From Candidatus Fimenecus sp. (GTDB taxonomy: Bacteria > Bacillota > Clostridia > Oscillospirales > Acutalibacteraceae), in the NCBI GenBank assembly GCA_045533355.1, contig JAZSHP010000005.1:1036-65035 (forward strand): DNA of 64,000 bases, read 5' to 3'. Position numbers and translations under genes: made by a program. Under the pieces are notes generated by a model, which saw only the letters and a list, made by a program, of their open reading frames with translations, had not been told where the DNA came from and did no database searches. This document shows, piece after piece, positions 18,191 through 28,350 of this stretch. Position 1 is the first letter of the stretch; every line of letters starts with the position of its first letter.

Positions 18191-19085
18191 TTACAACGCT
18201 CCCTTGTTCTTTAAGATATCTGCCCATTGAAATAAGGCTACCTACTGAACCTGTAAACACACCAATTGCTGAGAATAACAACAAGATATATCCTGCATAA
18301 GGTGTGAATGAAACAGGCTCGAATAATTCAAGAAGGTCTTTAAATACATAAGCAACACCATAATAGAGTCCTGCAAGTACTCCGAAAGAAACCAAGCTTG
18401 AAATTATACCGATTACAATACCCTCAATCATAAATGGCCAACGGATAAACCAGTTTGTAGCACCAACGGCCTTCATGATACTGATTTCAAGCTTACGTGA
18501 GAACATTGTAATACGGATTGTATTTGCGATAATAAAGAGTGAAACGACGAACAGAAGCAGAACCATACCTAAAATAACAATAGTAACTGCATGACGAATG
18601 TCAATAAGCTTATCTGCAACGTCACTGTTTTCCCTGACGGTATCAACAAAGTCCAGGTCTTGTAAGCCTTTTACTGTGCTTCTGAACTGAGTCATATCCT
18701 TTACAACAACCTTGTATGCGTCAGGCATTGGGTTTTCCATACCTTCAAGAAGTACGGCATCTTCACCCATTTCTTCTTTACTCTTTTCAAATGCTTCTTC
18801 CTTTGAAACGAAGATGCATTCTTCAACATTTCCAAGGTCAATGATATTTCGCTTCAAATCATCAATCTGCGGGTCAGTTGTGTTATCCTCTATGTAGACC
18901 ATGATAACGTTCTGACTTTCAATATTGTCAAGCAATGAATTGATATTGAAGAAAAGCATTGCGCCAAGTCCGATAATAACAAGACAAGCCATAAGAACGG
19001 TAATTGACGCCAATGACATCAATCTGTTTACCCATACGTTACGGAAGCCTTCTTTTGTTAAATAACCTAAGCTTGCACCTTTCAC
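18180..19085 (-). CDS. ftsX: Cell-division ABC transporter permease FtsX
   Basis: Four-TM FtsX topology with an extracellular loop after TM1. The GTG start overlaps the ftsE stop (GTGA) and is preceded by GGAGGTG. Confidence 0.9.
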   Translation of the reverse strand: MKGASLGYLTKEGFRNVWVNRLMSLASITVLMACLVIIGLGAMLFFNINSLLDNIESQNVIMVYIEDNTTDPQIDDLKRNIIDLGNVEECIFVSKEEAFEKSKEEMGEDAVLLEGMENPMPDAYKVVVKDMTQFRSTVKGLQDLDFVDTVRENSDVADKLIDIRHAVTIVILGMVLLLFVVSLFIIANTIRITMFSRKLEISIMKAVGATNWFIRWPFMIEGIVIGIISSLVSFGVLAGLYYGVAYVFKDLLELFEPVSFTPYAGYILLLFSAIGVFTGSVGSLISMGRYLKEQGSVVSEN

Positions 19086-20050
19086 TGAACGTCACCTCCA
19101 TCCTTATTATTAGCCACATCTACGGAAGTTTCATTGAATGATACAGTAACATCTTCCACACCATATGATTGCATGAATTCTTCAAGGTCCTTGTCACTGT
19201 TTGGCTGATGATAGAATGCAGTCTGCTTTGCATCATCCTCATCAAGTTCAAGAAGAGAAGTAATAACTTCATCCTTCATTTGTTCAACTGTTTGCTCAAG
19301 TTCCTGCTCTGCAGCTTCTTTCATTTCAGCCTGAGTTTCATAAGTTATAGTATATTCTTCTCTCTGAACAGGCTCTACATATGACTTAGCATAAGTATCA
19401 GAAACCACTTCACCTTGGTTGATTGTAATAACACGGTGATTAAAACGACGAACAAGCTCATGCTCGTGAGTAACCATAACAACAGTTGTACCGTTTGCAT
19501 TGATATGGTTGAGCAAGTCAACAATTTCATATGACATTTCAGGGTCAATATTACCTGTAGGCTCGTCGGCAATAATAATACCGGCATTATTAACAAGTGC
19601 ACGAGCAAGAGCTACTCTCTGCTGTTCACCACCTGAAAGCTGTGTTGGCAACTGTCTTGCCTTTGATGTAAGACCAACAAGACTTAACACATAAGGAACT
19701 CTCTTTCTGATATCCTTTTCCTTAGAACCGATAACACGCATTGCGAAAGCAACATTATCATATACTGTCATATTAGGAATAAGACGGAAGTCCTGGAAAA
19801 CAATACCCATTGTTCTTCTGAACTTTGGAATGTCCCTCTTTTTCATTGTATTAAGGTTATAGTTATTGATTATTACGGAACCGCTGGAAGCAACCTGCTC
19901 TCTCATAATAATCTTCAGGAAAGTACTTTTACCTGCACCTGATGAACCAACAATGAAAACGAACTCACCGTCTTCAATCTTAAGGGAAACATCACGGAGA
20001 GCATTTGTGCCACTATCATATGTTTTTGATACATTCTTAAATTCAATCAC
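19082..20050 (-). CDS. ftsE: Cell-division ATP-binding protein FtsE with a roughly 95-aa acidic C-terminal extension
   Basis: Walker A GSSGAGKST, signature LSGGEQQR and Walker B IIIADEP are present. The likely GTG start at 20050 (MIEFKNVSK) follows AAGGTG. The C-terminal tail has no ABC homology. Confidence 0.9.
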   Translation of the reverse strand: MIEFKNVSKTYDSGTNALRDVSLKIEDGEFVFIVGSSGAGKSTFLKIIMREQVASSGSVIINNYNLNTMKKRDIPKFRRTMGIVFQDFRLIPNMTVYDNVAFAMRVIGSKEKDIRKRVPYVLSLVGLTSKARQLPTQLSGGEQQRVALARALVNNAGIIIADEPTGNIDPEMSYEIVDLLNHINANGTTVVMVTHEHELVRRFNHRVITINQGEVVSDTYAKSYVEPVQREEYTITYETQAEMKEAAEQELEQTVEQMKDEVITSLLELDEDDAKQTAFYHQPNSDKDLEEFMQSYGVEDVTVSFNETSVDVANNKDGGDVQ

Positions 20051-20225
20051 GATATGCACCTTATCCTTTTAAATTTTTTATCTTTTTTCTTTTGGTCACA
20101 ATAACTCACAATAGTCATTGTTATACACATTGTACCACAAAATGTTAATTTTGTAACCCTTTTTAAAAAATTGTTAATATTATTCGTTACTTTGCACAAA
20201 TAAAACATGTATTCTTGTTGCATTT

Positions 20226-20259
20226 TTAACGAAAAAGGAGAAGCTTTTGCACTTCTCCT
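20226..20259 (-). terminator. Intrinsic terminator after the PucR-type regulator gene
   Basis: A perfect 8-bp stem AGGAGAAG/CTTCTCCT (20236-20243 with 20252-20259) is followed on the minus strand by TTTTCGTT. Confidence 0.55.
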
Positions 20260-20275
20260 CAATAAAAACCGTCTA

Positions 20276-21361
20276 TTAATACTTAATTGGGTTAGCATCA
20301 AGGTATTTTTTAACCATTAATGCTACTTTAAATACAATTGCGTCGTCAAATTCACGAAGGTCAAGACCGGTAAGCTTCTTGATTTTTTCAAGACGATATA
20401 CAAGTGTATTTCTGTGAACAAATAATTTTCTTGATGTTTCTGAAACATTAAGATTATTTTCAAAGAATTTCTGAATTGTGAAAAGAGTTTCGTGGTCAAG
20501 GCTCTCAATTGAACCGCGTTTAAAAATTTCACGAAGGAACATTTCACAAAGAGTTGTAGGAAGCTGATAAATAAGTCTTGCAATACCAAGATTGTCATAG
20601 CTTACAATTGTCTTTTCTGTGTCAAACACCTTACCTACTTCAAGTGAAACCTGTGCTTCACGATATGAACGAGCTAATTCCTTAATGCTGTCAATCGCTG
20701 TACCGACACCAACGAGAACATGGGTATAATACTCTGCTCCGAGAGAATCAGCAATTGAACGAGCAAGTTTTTCAAGGTCCTTTGTCTCGATATTGCTCTT
20801 AACCTCTTTAACGAGTGCAATATCAGTTTCGTTAATATTAACAACGAAATCCTTAGACTTATCAGGGAACAAATCCTGAATAACATCAAATACAGAAACA
20901 TCGTTCTTTTCTGTAATTCTGATTAAAAGAACAACACGAGTAACATCATTGTTAAAGTGAAGTTCTCTTGCCTTTATATAAATATCACCCGGAAGAATGT
21001 TATCAAGAATAACATTTTTGATAAAATTACCGCGGTCATACTTTTCATCATAATACTGCTTGATTGTAGAAAGTGATATAGCAAGAACGCCAATATATCT
21101 GTCGGCTGTAATATCATCACCCTCAACAAAAACCGCGTATGTAGGATGCATCTGTGCTCCAAAAATCTTATATGTATATCCGTCAATAACTGTTTTGTCT
21201 GAAGATGCAAAAACCTCAGCAACAGCGTTGGACTGCACTTCACCGATTCGTCCTAACTCACTACAGGAAATGACAGTACCTGTCTCATCGATTATGCCGA
21301 ATGTTCTTTCAACCACGTCTGACATCTGATGAACAATTCCCTGAAACAATCTGTTTGACAT
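20276..21361 (-). CDS. PucR/CdaR-family transcriptional regulator
   Basis: 361 aa with a C-terminal PucR-type HTH (NLNVSETSRKLFVHRNTLVYRLEKIKKLTGLD). The ATG has an upstream AAGGTGG. Confidence 0.75.
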   Translation of the reverse strand: MSNRLFQGIVHQMSDVVERTFGIIDETGTVISCSELGRIGEVQSNAVAEVFASSDKTVIDGYTYKIFGAQMHPTYAVFVEGDDITADRYIGVLAISLSTIKQYYDEKYDRGNFIKNVILDNILPGDIYIKARELHFNNDVTRVVLLIRITEKNDVSVFDVIQDLFPDKSKDFVVNINETDIALVKEVKSNIETKDLEKLARSIADSLGAEYYTHVLVGVGTAIDSIKELARSYREAQVSLEVGKVFDTEKTIVSYDNLGIARLIYQLPTTLCEMFLREIFKRGSIESLDHETLFTIQKFFENNLNVSETSRKLFVHRNTLVYRLEKIKKLTGLDLREFDDAIVFKVALMVKKYLDANPIKY

Positions 21362-21561
21362 CGTTATACCACCTTTTATACAAATTCACAATTAGATTAC
21401 TATGTATTTTACACAATAAAATCAGTTTTTGCAAGTGAATTTTTGATATTTCCTAACTTTTTTCAAACATTTTATACAAAAAATTCTGATTTTTTTGTAT
21501 AATACACGCATTTTATCCCTTTTTTTGTCCAAACTTTCTTTGTTAAAAATGACTAATGATT

Positions 21562-22275
21562 TTACTTACGGGATATTTTCAACAGCTCTTCCGGAGTAAT
21601 TTCGCGACATTCACCCGGATTTAATGCACTATCAAGCTCAAGGTCACCCATTTTAACACGATGGAGAGAAACCACCTTATTACCTCTTGCTGCAAACATT
21701 CTTTTCACCTGATGGTACTTACCTTCACAAATCATAATTCTGGCAGCCGGCTTGTCCGAATCTGTTATTTTTTCCACCTTTGCCTCTTTAAGCACTGTGC
21801 CGTCACCGAGGGTAATACCGTTTTCAAGAGATTTGATATCCTCATCGGACAAAGAATGCTCCAGTCCCGCAATATATGTTTTAAAAATGTGATTTTTCGG
21901 TGACAAAATTCTGTGGGCAAAATCACCATCGTCAGTTATAAGCACAAAGCCCGTTGTATCCTTGTCAAGTCGTCCAGCAGGAAACAATCCTTTTCTGTAA
22001 AACTCATCAGGGACTAAATCAACTACTGTTTCATCAGTTTCACTATCACTGGCAGAAACAACCCCAACAGGCTTATTAAGCATAATGTAAATATGCTTTT
22101 TTAGTGAAATCAAAGCACCATCCACATATACTTCGTCCACAGCTTCATCAATTTTTACAGAGCTATCCTTTACGACCTTTCCGTTTACGGATATTCTGCC
22201 TTTTTTTATCATTTCCTTTACTTCCTTTCGTGACAAAGTCCCTTGGGAAGCAAGTATTTTATCAAGTCTTTCCAT
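21562..22275 (-). CDS. S4-domain pseudouridine synthase (RsuA/RluB family)
   Basis: It has an S4 domain (RLDKILASQGTLSRKEVKEMIKKGRISVNG) and the catalytic motif GRLDKDTTG. ATG at 22275 avoids overlap with the upstream gene. Confidence 0.85.
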   Translation of the reverse strand: MERLDKILASQGTLSRKEVKEMIKKGRISVNGKVVKDSSVKIDEAVDEVYVDGALISLKKHIYIMLNKPVGVVSASDSETDETVVDLVPDEFYRKGLFPAGRLDKDTTGFVLITDDGDFAHRILSPKNHIFKTYIAGLEHSLSDEDIKSLENGITLGDGTVLKEAKVEKITDSDKPAARIMICEGKYHQVKRMFAARGNKVVSLHRVKMGDLELDSALNPGECREITPEELLKISRK

Positions 22276-22282
22276 ACTATCG

Positions 22283-22753
22283 TCAAGCTTTTGAAAATCC
22301 GTGCATAAACCCGTCAATTCTGACAGAGCAGATATCTCCGCCGATTACTTTTCCGTCATAGACAAGAATATTGGCGTGAATGCAATCCTGATTTTCATAC
22401 CCTTCATAATTTTTCACATTATATGTCCAGCATTTTACTCTTTTTTCTGCAAAATCAGTCAGGTCAAAACCCTGTTTTTTCTGAATGTCGTTATATGCAA
22501 TATATACATCACTTAATTCAGTAGGAATGATAATTTCCTTGACCTCCACAGGTTCTTCATCCACTTCCCAGCCGAACTGAGATATGAATTTCATTCGGTC
22601 CTCATGTGATTCCGCTTCGAAACTGAGCTCGTTCATATTGGCTGTCTGTTGACTTTCCCGCGAAAGTATAAACAAGGACACAGCAGTTACCAAAACAAAG
22701 GCAGCAAGTATTACTACCTTTATCTGCCCTGACTTTACTGAATATACAAACAT
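22283..22753 (-). CDS. DUF4830-like membrane-anchored protein
   Basis: ATG at 22753 is preceded by GAGGTG. An N-terminal TM is followed by FISQFGWEVDEEPVEVKEIIIP...YNDIQKKQGFDL, which fits my recollection of DUF4830. Confidence 0.6.
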   Translation of the reverse strand: MFVYSVKSGQIKVVILAAFVLVTAVSLFILSRESQQTANMNELSFEAESHEDRMKFISQFGWEVDEEPVEVKEIIIPTELSDVYIAYNDIQKKQGFDLTDFAEKRVKCWTYNVKNYEGYENQDCIHANILVYDGKVIGGDICSVRIDGFMHGFSKA

Positions 22754-22832
22754 AAATATACACCTCGAACACAATTTATATAAATAAATATGCTGCGAGG
22801 TGCACTTCTTATGATATTAAATATTAGATGAA

Positions 22833-23366
22833 TTATTCATCAACACGTCTTGACTGAGCAGCAGCTTTCATATGCTGACGAGCACGACGAATTTCGTTAA
22901 CAGAATTTGTGAGAGTTTCATCAGCAACAGCAACAATGCTTTCTACATAATCGCTTGCGCTCTGGCGCATCTCTTTTGACCAGTTTCTTGCCTGCTCTGT
23001 AAGTTCAGCAGCAGACGCTCTTGCCTGTTCAACGATTTCGTTAGCAGTCTGTCTTGCCTGCTGAATGATTTCTTCAGCCTGCATTTCTGCTCCTCTTGTG
23101 ATTTCGTCTTCAGAAATAATTTCTCTTGCTCTTGTGTGTGCCTGTTCAATAATCTTGTCAGCATTATCCTGAGCAGCAGTGAGAATTTCCTTTCTTTCTG
23201 AAGCAATCTTTCTTGCCTGCATAAGTTCTTCAGGCATATTAAGTCTGATGTCTTCAATAGCTGTTTTGATAGCCTCTGCATCAACGAGAAGATTAGAAGT
23301 AAATGGAACTGTTTTACCCTCTTCAAGTATAGACTCAATTTCTTCAAGCAAGTTTTCTATTGTCAT
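22833..23366 (-). CDS. Coiled-coil protein of unknown function (A/E/Q-rich)
   Basis: 177-aa ORF whose start overlaps the coaD stop by 4 nt. It has repetitive heptad-like A/E/Q/R composition. Confidence 0.55.
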   Translation of the reverse strand: MTIENLLEEIESILEEGKTVPFTSNLLVDAEAIKTAIEDIRLNMPEELMQARKIASERKEILTAAQDNADKIIEQAHTRAREIISEDEITRGAEMQAEEIIQQARQTANEIVEQARASAAELTEQARNWSKEMRQSASDYVESIVAVADETLTNSVNEIRRARQHMKAAAQSRRVDE

Positions 23367-23857
23367 TTGCTTACACCCCTTTTAATTCTTTCTACTATAT
23401 CTTCACAAATTATTTCAGGAACAAAATCACTTATGTCCCCACCTAATTCGCAAATTTGTTTGACTGCACTTGAACTGAGATACAGATTTTCAACTCTTGT
23501 ATTAATAAACACTGTTTCCAGCTCACTGTTTAATTTTTTATTCATCTGTGCCTGCTGGAATTCATATTCAAAATCCGATACAGCACGAAGTCCCTTAACA
23601 ACGGCAACTGCGCCCTTCATCTTTGCATATTCTGCCAACAAACCTTCATAGATGTCAACATCAACATTAGGAAAATCCTGTGTGCAACGTTTTATAAGCT
23701 CTGCTCTTTCTTCATAAGAAAAGCAGAAGTTTGTTTTTGTGGGATTTTTCATAACAACCACAATAACATGGTCAAACAACTTGGCACTTCTTCGTATAAT
23801 ATCTAAGTGTCCGTTTGTAACCGGGTCAAAACTACCCGGACAAATTACAGTTTTCAT
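23363..23857 (-). CDS. coaD: Phosphopantetheine adenylyltransferase
   Basis: CPGSFDPVTNGHLDI (the HxGH-type motif) over a typical roughly 160-aa length. ATG at 23857; the ORF-track GTG at 23866 is an alternative start. Confidence 0.9.
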   Translation of the reverse strand: MKTVICPGSFDPVTNGHLDIIRRSAKLFDHVIVVVMKNPTKTNFCFSYEERAELIKRCTQDFPNVDVDIYEGLLAEYAKMKGAVAVVKGLRAVSDFEYEFQQAQMNKKLNSELETVFINTRVENLYLSSSAVKQICELGGDISDFVPEIICEDIVERIKRGVSK

Positions 23858-23862
23858 ATTTT

Positions 23863-24402
23863 TCACTTGTTCTTTCTGTATGCAGTAACCTTGATTTTGC
23901 CATATTTGTATTCACGGTGTTTTGAGAAATCACCTGCTGTTTCAGGTAAAACCTCACGCAATTCACTTTCACAAAGAATAACACCATAGTCAGCCATTTT
24001 TTCTGCTACTGCAGGTAAAACACTATCCAGAATGTTTTTGTTATATGGCGGGTCAAGAAAAGCAATGTCAAATTTATCGTGACTTAATGTAATATACATT
24101 TTACCATCACCGCAAAAAACACTTGCTCTTTTTTCAAAGCCCACTGTTTTAAGATTCTGCTTCACAATCTCAATTGAGCGATTTGAAGAATCCACAAAAG
24201 TACAATGCTTAGCACCACGACTGAGAGCCTCAATGCCCAATTGCCCTGAACCTGCAAACAAGTCAAGAACTGATGCACCCTCAACATCAAACTGAACAAT
24301 GTTGAAAATGCTTTCCTTTACTCTGTCGGTAGTAGGACGAACATCATCACCCTCAAGTGTTATAAGTTTTCTTCCTCTGGCTTCGCCTGTTATTACTCTC
24401 AT
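23863..24402 (-). CDS. rsmD: 16S rRNA (guanine966-N2)-methyltransferase RsmD
   Basis: MRVITGEARGRKL...RPTTDRVKESIFN..., the SAM motif DLFAGSGQLGIEALSRG, and DPPY. ATG at 24402 follows GGAGTGA. Confidence 0.9.
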   Translation of the reverse strand: MRVITGEARGRKLITLEGDDVRPTTDRVKESIFNIVQFDVEGASVLDLFAGSGQLGIEALSRGAKHCTFVDSSNRSIEIVKQNLKTVGFEKRASVFCGDGKMYITLSHDKFDIAFLDPPYNKNILDSVLPAVAEKMADYGVILCESELREVLPETAGDFSKHREYKYGKIKVTAYRKNK

Positions 24403-24488
24403 ATATTCACTCCGTTGTGTCGATACAACATACATTATCGCATTTTTATATCAATTTGTCAAATTTTTTTAGACATTTCCTATAAAAA

Positions 24489-25148
24489 TCATCCATTTTT
24501 AAGAGAAATAAGCTGTTTTTCAAGGTCATTTACAGTTTCAACTATGTATTTTGCCCCTGCTTCTTCAATTACTTCACGGTCACGGAATCCCCACAATACT
24601 CCTATTGACGGAATTCCTGCATTTTCAGCTGTAAGGATATCCGTATCGGCATCACCAACAAAAATTGTATTTTCAACCTTACTTCCCAAAACATCAATAG
24701 CATAAAATGTACCATCCGGTGCAGGCTTATTCGGTCTATCATCAACGCTGCCTACCACCAAATCAATCTGAGGGAATAATCTGCTGCATAATTCCTGGGC
24801 AGCGTAATCAACCTTATTTGTTACAATAGCAGTTTTAAAACCTGCATTCTTTATATTTGTAAGCATTTCACTTATGCCTTCATAAGGTGCAGTTTTGTCC
24901 TCCATGTGAACCTTATAATAATCATTAAAATCCTTGAAGCAAACATCAAAAGTTTCTGTACCCACAACATTTTCCGGTACTGCTCTTTCTACCAAAAGAC
25001 GAATTCCGTTACCCACAAAGGAACGAATTTCACTCAGACTTCTCAATGGAAAGCCCTGTCGGCTGAGAGCATAATTTACACTATCCATAAGGTCTTCAAG
25101 AGTATTTAAAAGTGTTCCGTCCAAATCAAAAATTATTGTATCAATCAT
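24489..25148 (-). CDS. HAD-superfamily hydrolase (phosphoglycolate phosphatase/PpaX-like)
   Basis: Motif I is IIFDLDGTLLNT, motif II is VTNK, and motif IV is GDADTD. Confidence 0.8.
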   Translation of the reverse strand: MIDTIIFDLDGTLLNTLEDLMDSVNYALSRQGFPLRSLSEIRSFVGNGIRLLVERAVPENVVGTETFDVCFKDFNDYYKVHMEDKTAPYEGISEMLTNIKNAGFKTAIVTNKVDYAAQELCSRLFPQIDLVVGSVDDRPNKPAPDGTFYAIDVLGSKVENTIFVGDADTDILTAENAGIPSIGVLWGFRDREVIEEAGAKYIVETVNDLEKQLISLKNG

Positions 25149-25151
25149 ATT

Positions 25152-26996
25152 TTATCCCTCTTTATAAAAATTATATATCTTTTCGGCAAGTTTTCTGTTA
25201 ATTCCTTTAACCTTTTCCAGGTCATCAACAGTTGCTGATTTTATATTTTTTGTAGTTTTAAATGTCTTGAGAAGTTCTTTTGCTTTTTGCTCACCAATTC
25301 CGTCAATTTTTGTAAGAGAAAGCTCAAGACCTCGTTTTGTATGCTTTTTATGATGGAAGCCAATGGAAAAACGATGAACCTCTTCCTGAATTTCCGAAAC
25401 AAGAGTGAATGCACTCCTCAATGAATTAATGGCAATTTCACCACCATCACCTGTAATTGCTCTCGTTTTATGCTTCGAATCCTTGACCATACCAAACAAC
25501 GGTATCTGAAGATTTTTCTCAGCAAGCACCTCTTTGACAACACTCACCTGACCCTTACCACCGTCAAGAAGAATCAAATCAGGTAATTTTCCGAAGCCCT
25601 CATCCGCATTCTCACCCTTATGTTTTTCGTACTCATCAAATCTTCGTGACAAAACCTCTCGCATTGAGCCGTAGTCGTCTTGTCCGGCAAATGACTTTAT
25701 ATTAAATGTACGGTATGCTCTTTTCAGCGGTTTTCCGTTTTTAAAAACAACCATACCTGCAACATTGTCTTCACCGCCGGTGTGAGAAATATCATAGGAT
25801 TCAATATATTCCGGAGTTTTTATAAGTCCCAAAAGATTTTTGAGTTCTTCTAAAGACTTGATTTCCGCAGATTGCTTACCTTTTTTCTGTGCAAGTTTTT
25901 CATAGGCATTTTCGCGACACATATTTACAAGCTTAAGTCCCTCACCTCTTTGCGGAACTGTAACTGTACACTTTTTACCGCGGACCTTTGTCAGATGCTC
26001 CTCCAACAAAACCATATCGTCAAAGATTTCGTCACAAATTACCTTTTGGGGAACTGAACGATTCATTCCGTAATACTGAATCAGGAAATTACATCGTATA
26101 TTTTCCACAACCTTTTCCGAATCAAAAAAGAAATATTCACTGTCGCAAAGCCGTCCCTTATCAAAACGCAAAACAGTTATACAGATATCGTTTTCGTCGG
26201 CTACAAATGAAAAAACATCCTTTGAATCATTGGTTTCCGTAACAACCTTTTGCTTTGATTTCATATTTTCAATTGCACGAATCCGGTCGCGATATTTTCC
26301 TGCATTTTCAAAATCAAGATTTTCCGCACAGGCATTCATTTTTTCCTTCAATTCTTTTATGATTTTAGTTATATCACCGTTAAGAAAATCCAAAGCATCA
26401 TTTACAGCTTCATCATATTCTTTTTTTGAGATTTTACCTGTGCAAACACCCATACAACGGTTTATATGGAAGTTAAGACATGGTCTGCCTTTTTTGAAAT
26501 CTCTTGGAAAAGACTTATTGCATTGTGGTAATCTGAAAATTTTGTTTGCTTCATCAACAGATTGCTTGACTGAATATGAGCTTGTAAAAGGACCGATATA
26601 CTCTGCAGTTTCGTCATCCTTTTGCAAAACAGCAGAAATTCTGCGATATGGCTCATCAGTAATTTTTATGTAGCTGTAGCCCTTATCGTCCTTTAAAAGA
26701 ATATTATATTTAGGTTGGTTCTGTTTAATAAGACTGGCCTCAAGAACAAGTGCTTCAAATTCAGAGTCGGTGAGAATGTAGTCAAAATCATCTACATTTT
26801 CCACCATCTTACGCACCTTAACGGAATGCTTATTCTGTGAACCGAAATACTGACTCACACGATTCTTCAGTTTTTTTGCTTTGCCGATATAGATGATTTT
26901 ACCCTGTTTGTTTTTCATTATATAAACACCGGGAGTTACAGGCAATTTCATCGATTTTTCTCGAAGAACTGACATTTTTTCGTTCACAGAGTTCAC
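25152..26996 (-). CDS. uvrC: Excinuclease ABC subunit C
   Basis: It has a GIY-YIG N-terminus (GVYIMKNKQGKIIYIGKA), a UvrBC-interaction region, an endonuclease V-like domain and a C-terminal (HhH)2. Confidence 0.95.
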   Translation of the reverse strand: MNSVNEKMSVLREKSMKLPVTPGVYIMKNKQGKIIYIGKAKKLKNRVSQYFGSQNKHSVKVRKMVENVDDFDYILTDSEFEALVLEASLIKQNQPKYNILLKDDKGYSYIKITDEPYRRISAVLQKDDETAEYIGPFTSSYSVKQSVDEANKIFRLPQCNKSFPRDFKKGRPCLNFHINRCMGVCTGKISKKEYDEAVNDALDFLNGDITKIIKELKEKMNACAENLDFENAGKYRDRIRAIENMKSKQKVVTETNDSKDVFSFVADENDICITVLRFDKGRLCDSEYFFFDSEKVVENIRCNFLIQYYGMNRSVPQKVICDEIFDDMVLLEEHLTKVRGKKCTVTVPQRGEGLKLVNMCRENAYEKLAQKKGKQSAEIKSLEELKNLLGLIKTPEYIESYDISHTGGEDNVAGMVVFKNGKPLKRAYRTFNIKSFAGQDDYGSMREVLSRRFDEYEKHKGENADEGFGKLPDLILLDGGKGQVSVVKEVLAEKNLQIPLFGMVKDSKHKTRAITGDGGEIAINSLRSAFTLVSEIQEEVHRFSIGFHHKKHTKRGLELSLTKIDGIGEQKAKELLKTFKTTKNIKSATVDDLEKVKGINRKLAEKIYNFYKEG

Positions 26997-27148
26997 TCCT
27001 TTCCAACCTGATATTTAATATAATTCCATTATATCATAAAACAACAAAAAAATAAAGCACACCACGAAATGCACAAGTCCAGTAAAAACGGACAATAGGA
27101 AAAAGACACCTCCTATGGTAGAATAAAACTATCATAGGAGGAATTTTT

Positions 27149-27499
27149 ATGTCTAGAAACTACAAGCACATTATTCAGTATGAGAAAGAAATATTAGAAT
27201 TAAAACAGAAAGGATTAACGCAAAGAGAAATTGGAGAGAAATTAGGATATACAAAACTTCAAATAAAAGATTTTCTTCGAAGATACAGAGACAAACAAAA
27301 GCAAATATTGACAGGAACAATACCATCAAAGAAAGGCAGACCCTGTAAAAAAGATAATGAACTTCCACCATCAATTCAAAAATTAGACAAGCTTGCACAA
27401 ATGAGATATGAAATAGCAAGCAAAGATAGGTATATCAAAAGATTAGAAATGGAAAATGAATTGATGCGGGATTTTCTCTCGCTCACAGGAAGGAAGTGA
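27149..27499 (+). CDS. IS3-family transposase OrfA (HTH + leucine-zipper-like C-terminus)
   Basis: 116 aa with an HTH (LTQREIGEKLGYTKLQIKDFLRRY). An RBS GGAGG lies upstream of the ATG. Confidence 0.85.
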   Translation: MSRNYKHIIQYEKEILELKQKGLTQREIGEKLGYTKLQIKDFLRRYRDKQKQILTGTIPSKKGRPCKKDNELPPSIQKLDKLAQMRYEIASKDRYIKRLEMENELMRDFLSLTGRK

Positions 27500-28350
27500 G
27501 AATAAGTGTAAAGTTCATGGTTATTTATCGTCACAAAGAAAAGTATTCAATAAGTGAAATGTGCAGATTCTTTGAGGTATCAAGAAGTGGTTACTATGAT
27601 TATGTCAAAAGAATGGATGCACCTGCAAGAGATTTACCGTTAGCAGAAAAGATAAAAGAATGTCAGGATAAGCATGGCAAAACCTATGGTTATCGAAGAG
27701 TTCATATATGGCTTGAAAGACAAGGGATACACCATAATCCCAAGACAGTATTGAGAGTTATGCAGAAATACAATTTGTTATCAGAAGTTAGAAGAAAGAA
27801 GTATCGTAATTATGGTGATTATCTACATCGTTACGATAACTTATTGAATAGAGATTTTAATGCTGATAGACCGAATCAAAAGTGGGTAACCGATATATCA
27901 TACATAAAAACGCAACAAGGAACATTGTATCTTTCAGTAATCAGAGATTTGTATGACAATAGCATCGTTGCATACAAGACTGGCACCGAGCAGAACATAA
28001 ATCTTGTATTGAGCACAATCAGAGCAGCTAAGAGAAAAGAAAAGGTCACTGCAGAGCTGCAACTCCACAGTGACCAAGGGTTTCAATATACATCACCAGC
28101 ATATTTTAACCTAACAAAATCATACGGCATAACGCCCTCAATGTCAAGACGTGGAAATCCGTATGATAATGCTATGGCTGAAAATTTCTTTTCAATTCTC
28201 AAAACAGAATGTATCTATCGAACAAAATTGCGAACTTATGAGGATGCTCGCATCCTCATAAGTGAATACATTCATTTCTACAACAACGAAAGAATTCAAC
28301 TAAAAACAAAACTGACTCCGCTTGAAAAACGAAATCAGTTTGTTGCTTAA
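27496..28350 (+). CDS. IS3-family transposase OrfB (DDE/rve catalytic core), probably expressed as an OrfAB fusion by -1 frameshift
   Basis: It is in the -1 frame relative to orfA and overlaps the orfA stop. The DDE triad context is WVTDISYI, HSDQGFQY and NAMAENFF. I found no obvious A6G slippery heptamer. Confidence 0.85.
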   Translation: MRISVKFMVIYRHKEKYSISEMCRFFEVSRSGYYDYVKRMDAPARDLPLAEKIKECQDKHGKTYGYRRVHIWLERQGIHHNPKTVLRVMQKYNLLSEVRRKKYRNYGDYLHRYDNLLNRDFNADRPNQKWVTDISYIKTQQGTLYLSVIRDLYDNSIVAYKTGTEQNINLVLSTIRAAKRKEKVTAELQLHSDQGFQYTSPAYFNLTKSYGITPSMSRRGNPYDNAMAENFFSILKTECIYRTKLRTYEDARILISEYIHFYNNERIQLKTKLTPLEKRNQFVA

